The position numbers and the translations under genes are program-made. A stretch of 63,701 nucleotides of DNA, the filler included, from Sphacelaria rigidula (Eukaryota): the NCBI GenBank assembly GCA_964200075.2. It is 11 parts of 11 records of this genome, joined end to end, with 100 filler letters (N's around TTAATTAATTAA, not from the genome) between each part and the next. Parts side by side here need not be neighbours in the genome. Positions count along the whole stretch, not along the records: positions 58,002 to 63,701 come from CAXNAA020025150.1; 10 more parts are not named here. One strand, given 5' to 3'. Under the pieces are notes generated by a model. It had not been told where the DNA came from, made no database searches, and worked only from the letters and a program-made list of their open reading frames with translations. Of the stretch, positions 61,290 to 63,701 are shown piece after piece. How positions within the stretch are numbered: position 1 is the first letter of the stretch; each line of letters begins with the position of its first letter.

Positions 61290-62320
61290 ATTTACCCCCG
61301 CCCTCCTATTCCCCCCCACCCGGGGATGAAATCGCACCACCCCCTCTCGAGACACGATAAGTGTTATCGAGTGTTTTCGCGAGTTGCATCGGCATTTACG
61401 CACGAATTGTGCGTCGTTCGAACGTATACACCATGCACTATTCCATTATAACCCCCTTCTCCTCCCACCCCTTTCCGGGGATGAAATGAACGCATCCCCT
61501 CCATGAACAATCTCAGCGAAAGGGGGGGTATCATTCGACGTTTGAGCCATTTACTGCTGGACAAAATGAATCTGAATACGTGGCCGGTACCAATAGAATT
61601 CACACAATCTACCCTGACTATTGATACATGTCGTTCTTTTAGTGGGGAGTTACAGATACCACGGGAAAAATATTGTTTCCCCTCCTCGATGAACACGCGC
61701 AGGGCTCATCATGCACCGTCAGGGGATGTTACATACGGATGGCGATGCCCCTGGTCACGCAGGAGACAACGTTAGACTCTCACCCCATGCTACTACTTCA
61801 GAACCCCTGCTCCCCCACCGCCCCTCCTCCCTGGGGATGAAATCAATCTATTCCTTCCTCGAACAATCTTATCGGGAAGTGGGTGTTATCCAACGTGTGA
61901 GCCATTTGCGGCCGGACAATAGTAAATCTGAACACGTGACTGGTACCAATAGAAAGCCTAGAACCTACCTCCACTCAAAATACGCCCTGTTTTCTTCACC
62001 GCACTACAGACACCGTCACCCCAGAGAAGATACTGTTCCACCCCCTTCCTAAGCACGCGCTGAAATCATAATCTACCGTCAGGGCCTGTTGAATACGAAA
62101 GACGATGCCCCTCAACACCCGAGTGGTCACTATAACGTATACGATTTACTTGCGGATTTGAAATAACCCTTGCCCTCCTCCTCGACCATGACATGAGCAT
62201 ATCTCCACAGCAAACACCCTCACCCGGGGCGGGGAGTCACCTGACGTGTTCGCTGATTGCGGGCGGACTACATGATGCGTCTGAATACATGAGAAGTATC
62301 GTCAAAACATTGACACCCTA
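61290..62320. repeat. Old tandem repeat, ~350-bp period
   Basis: GGGGATGAAAT at ~61322, 61477 and 61833; GAGCCATTT...GGACAA...AATCTGAA.ACGTG...GGTACCAATAGAA and CCGTCAGGG...CGATGCCCCT are duplicated. Confidence 0.75.
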
Positions 62321-63701
62321 ACTATGTACTCCAGGGATAGTCAGGAGCAGCACCGATCATTTGTGAAAAGGAAAAAAGATGGATAGCACCCTGGAGTATG
62401 ACTTCTTCCCTATCCCTAGAAAAACCATGGGCCCAACATCCACATGAGGCCTCAACAATGCATTGGAGATGTTTTCCATGTAGTCGCACGTGCCTTGCAC
62501 TAAATTCTAGACCCCTGATGACGTGTCGAATGTAGTGAAGTAGCGGAAACAAAGGAGGGGCAACATTGGCCCGCAAGTTTGTCCAAATTCGAATGAATTG
62601 GTCAGGGCTCGTCGGTCGAAATGCTGATATTTCGCTTGGCTTTCTTGTTCCCATCCTCCGTTCCTCATGGAGAGTCTCTGCTGCTGCATTCTACGGATGA
62701 TATTGATCGGACCGTTCACCACGTTTGATGATATTCTAATGTCATATCAACCTCTTAGCTCCCTCAATGTGATGGTTCACATTTTCACATCCATGACTTC
62801 CCGAAGAAAAAACAAGCCAAATACCCCAGTATTTCTTGCCGTCGGTGGCGCTCCCGCAGGCCCCCTCACCAGCCGAGGGGGAGCATTGAACTCGTCGATG
62901 TTTTCCCAGTTTATCGACCACAACATCGATCAACTGGTCGTTGCGACGACTTGAAACTTAACTGACGAGAGCTCCGCAGTGTACAGCCCTAGTGCTTTGT
63001 GTTTGCAGCTGTCTGTACTGACGCCCATTGCACTCCTGTGAATGCATACTAGAGACAACAAAGTGATGTAGCACATGTGCCAGTTCCGAACCTTCCACGG
63101 GTGCGCAGGTCTAACAATTGCGCATTTGGGTGAAGTTATGGAGACGCAGTAGGAACCTATGATCATGCTTGTACGACATGACAGTTCGAAATCGATCCCC
63201 TAGAGGTGTCCATTGCCGAGAAGGTTTCGTATGTACCTCTCCACGTAAACACCGCTGTTGCGAAGCCCGACAAAGTTCTGCCTCAAGGAAAACGTGCTGT
63301 AGGTTTGTGCCAGTATGGTTGAATGAGTTCATCGAGTCTGCCGACTTCGCCGTGTCTTGTTTTGGAAGCGTAGTACAGAGCATGAGATTTAATCAGACGG
63401 AACACTCTATGTGTTCATGTGTTGCAGACCCTGCGAGTAATGACGGTACAGAACATGTCTAGACGGCGAAATTAACATCACAAACCACGATGATACGTTT
63501 TTTTCGGCTGAGATATGTCACTTTTCATTTCCATGTAGGTCTTGCAAGGCCAGGAACGCCCGAACGAACAATCCCCCCAGTCATAACGTGCTGGTTGTTT
63601 GCGGTCTCTGGTCAAGGTTGCAAGGGTCGGACAAAATATGATTCGTCTGAAAATTACTTGGTTTTAGTCTAGTGAGTCGACTCGTGACGAATCAATCCCT
63701 A

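Overview
This window is not one locus. It is 11 unrelated contigs of about 5.7 kb (5701 bp, then ten of 5700 bp) joined by artificial 100-nt spacers (N44-TTAATTAATTAA-N44), as expected from a length-sorted, fragmented eukaryotic draft assembly. The content points to a repeat-rich photosynthetic stramenopile, most likely a brown alga (inference). The evidence is short exons in long introns, RTE-clade LINEs, a plastid-type NTT exon and a fibrillin-like gene. Most of the sequence is transposon-derived: two long disrupted RTE LINEs plus a 3' fragment, a Ty3/Gypsy-type gag-protease remnant, a 2.4-kb internally deleted Copia-like element with both LTRs, a tRNA-derived SINE family, and many MITEs (Tc1/mariner, Stowaway-like, hAT, piggyBac, Harbinger-like, foldback). 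Host gene pieces are four exons of a PAP-fibrillin-like gene with a GC-AG intron, the first exon of a Pol iota-like Y-family polymerase, one TLC/NTT exon and several orphan exons. The best leads are a SET-domain pseudogene about 1 kb inside a Harbinger-like terminus, a duplicated covarying RNA-structure module plus a putative intron in the 5' UTR of an RTE LINE, and a possible P2X7-ballast/KolX-like gene remnant. No CRISPR array, rRNA or intact tRNA gene is supported. All calls were made by eye, without database searches.
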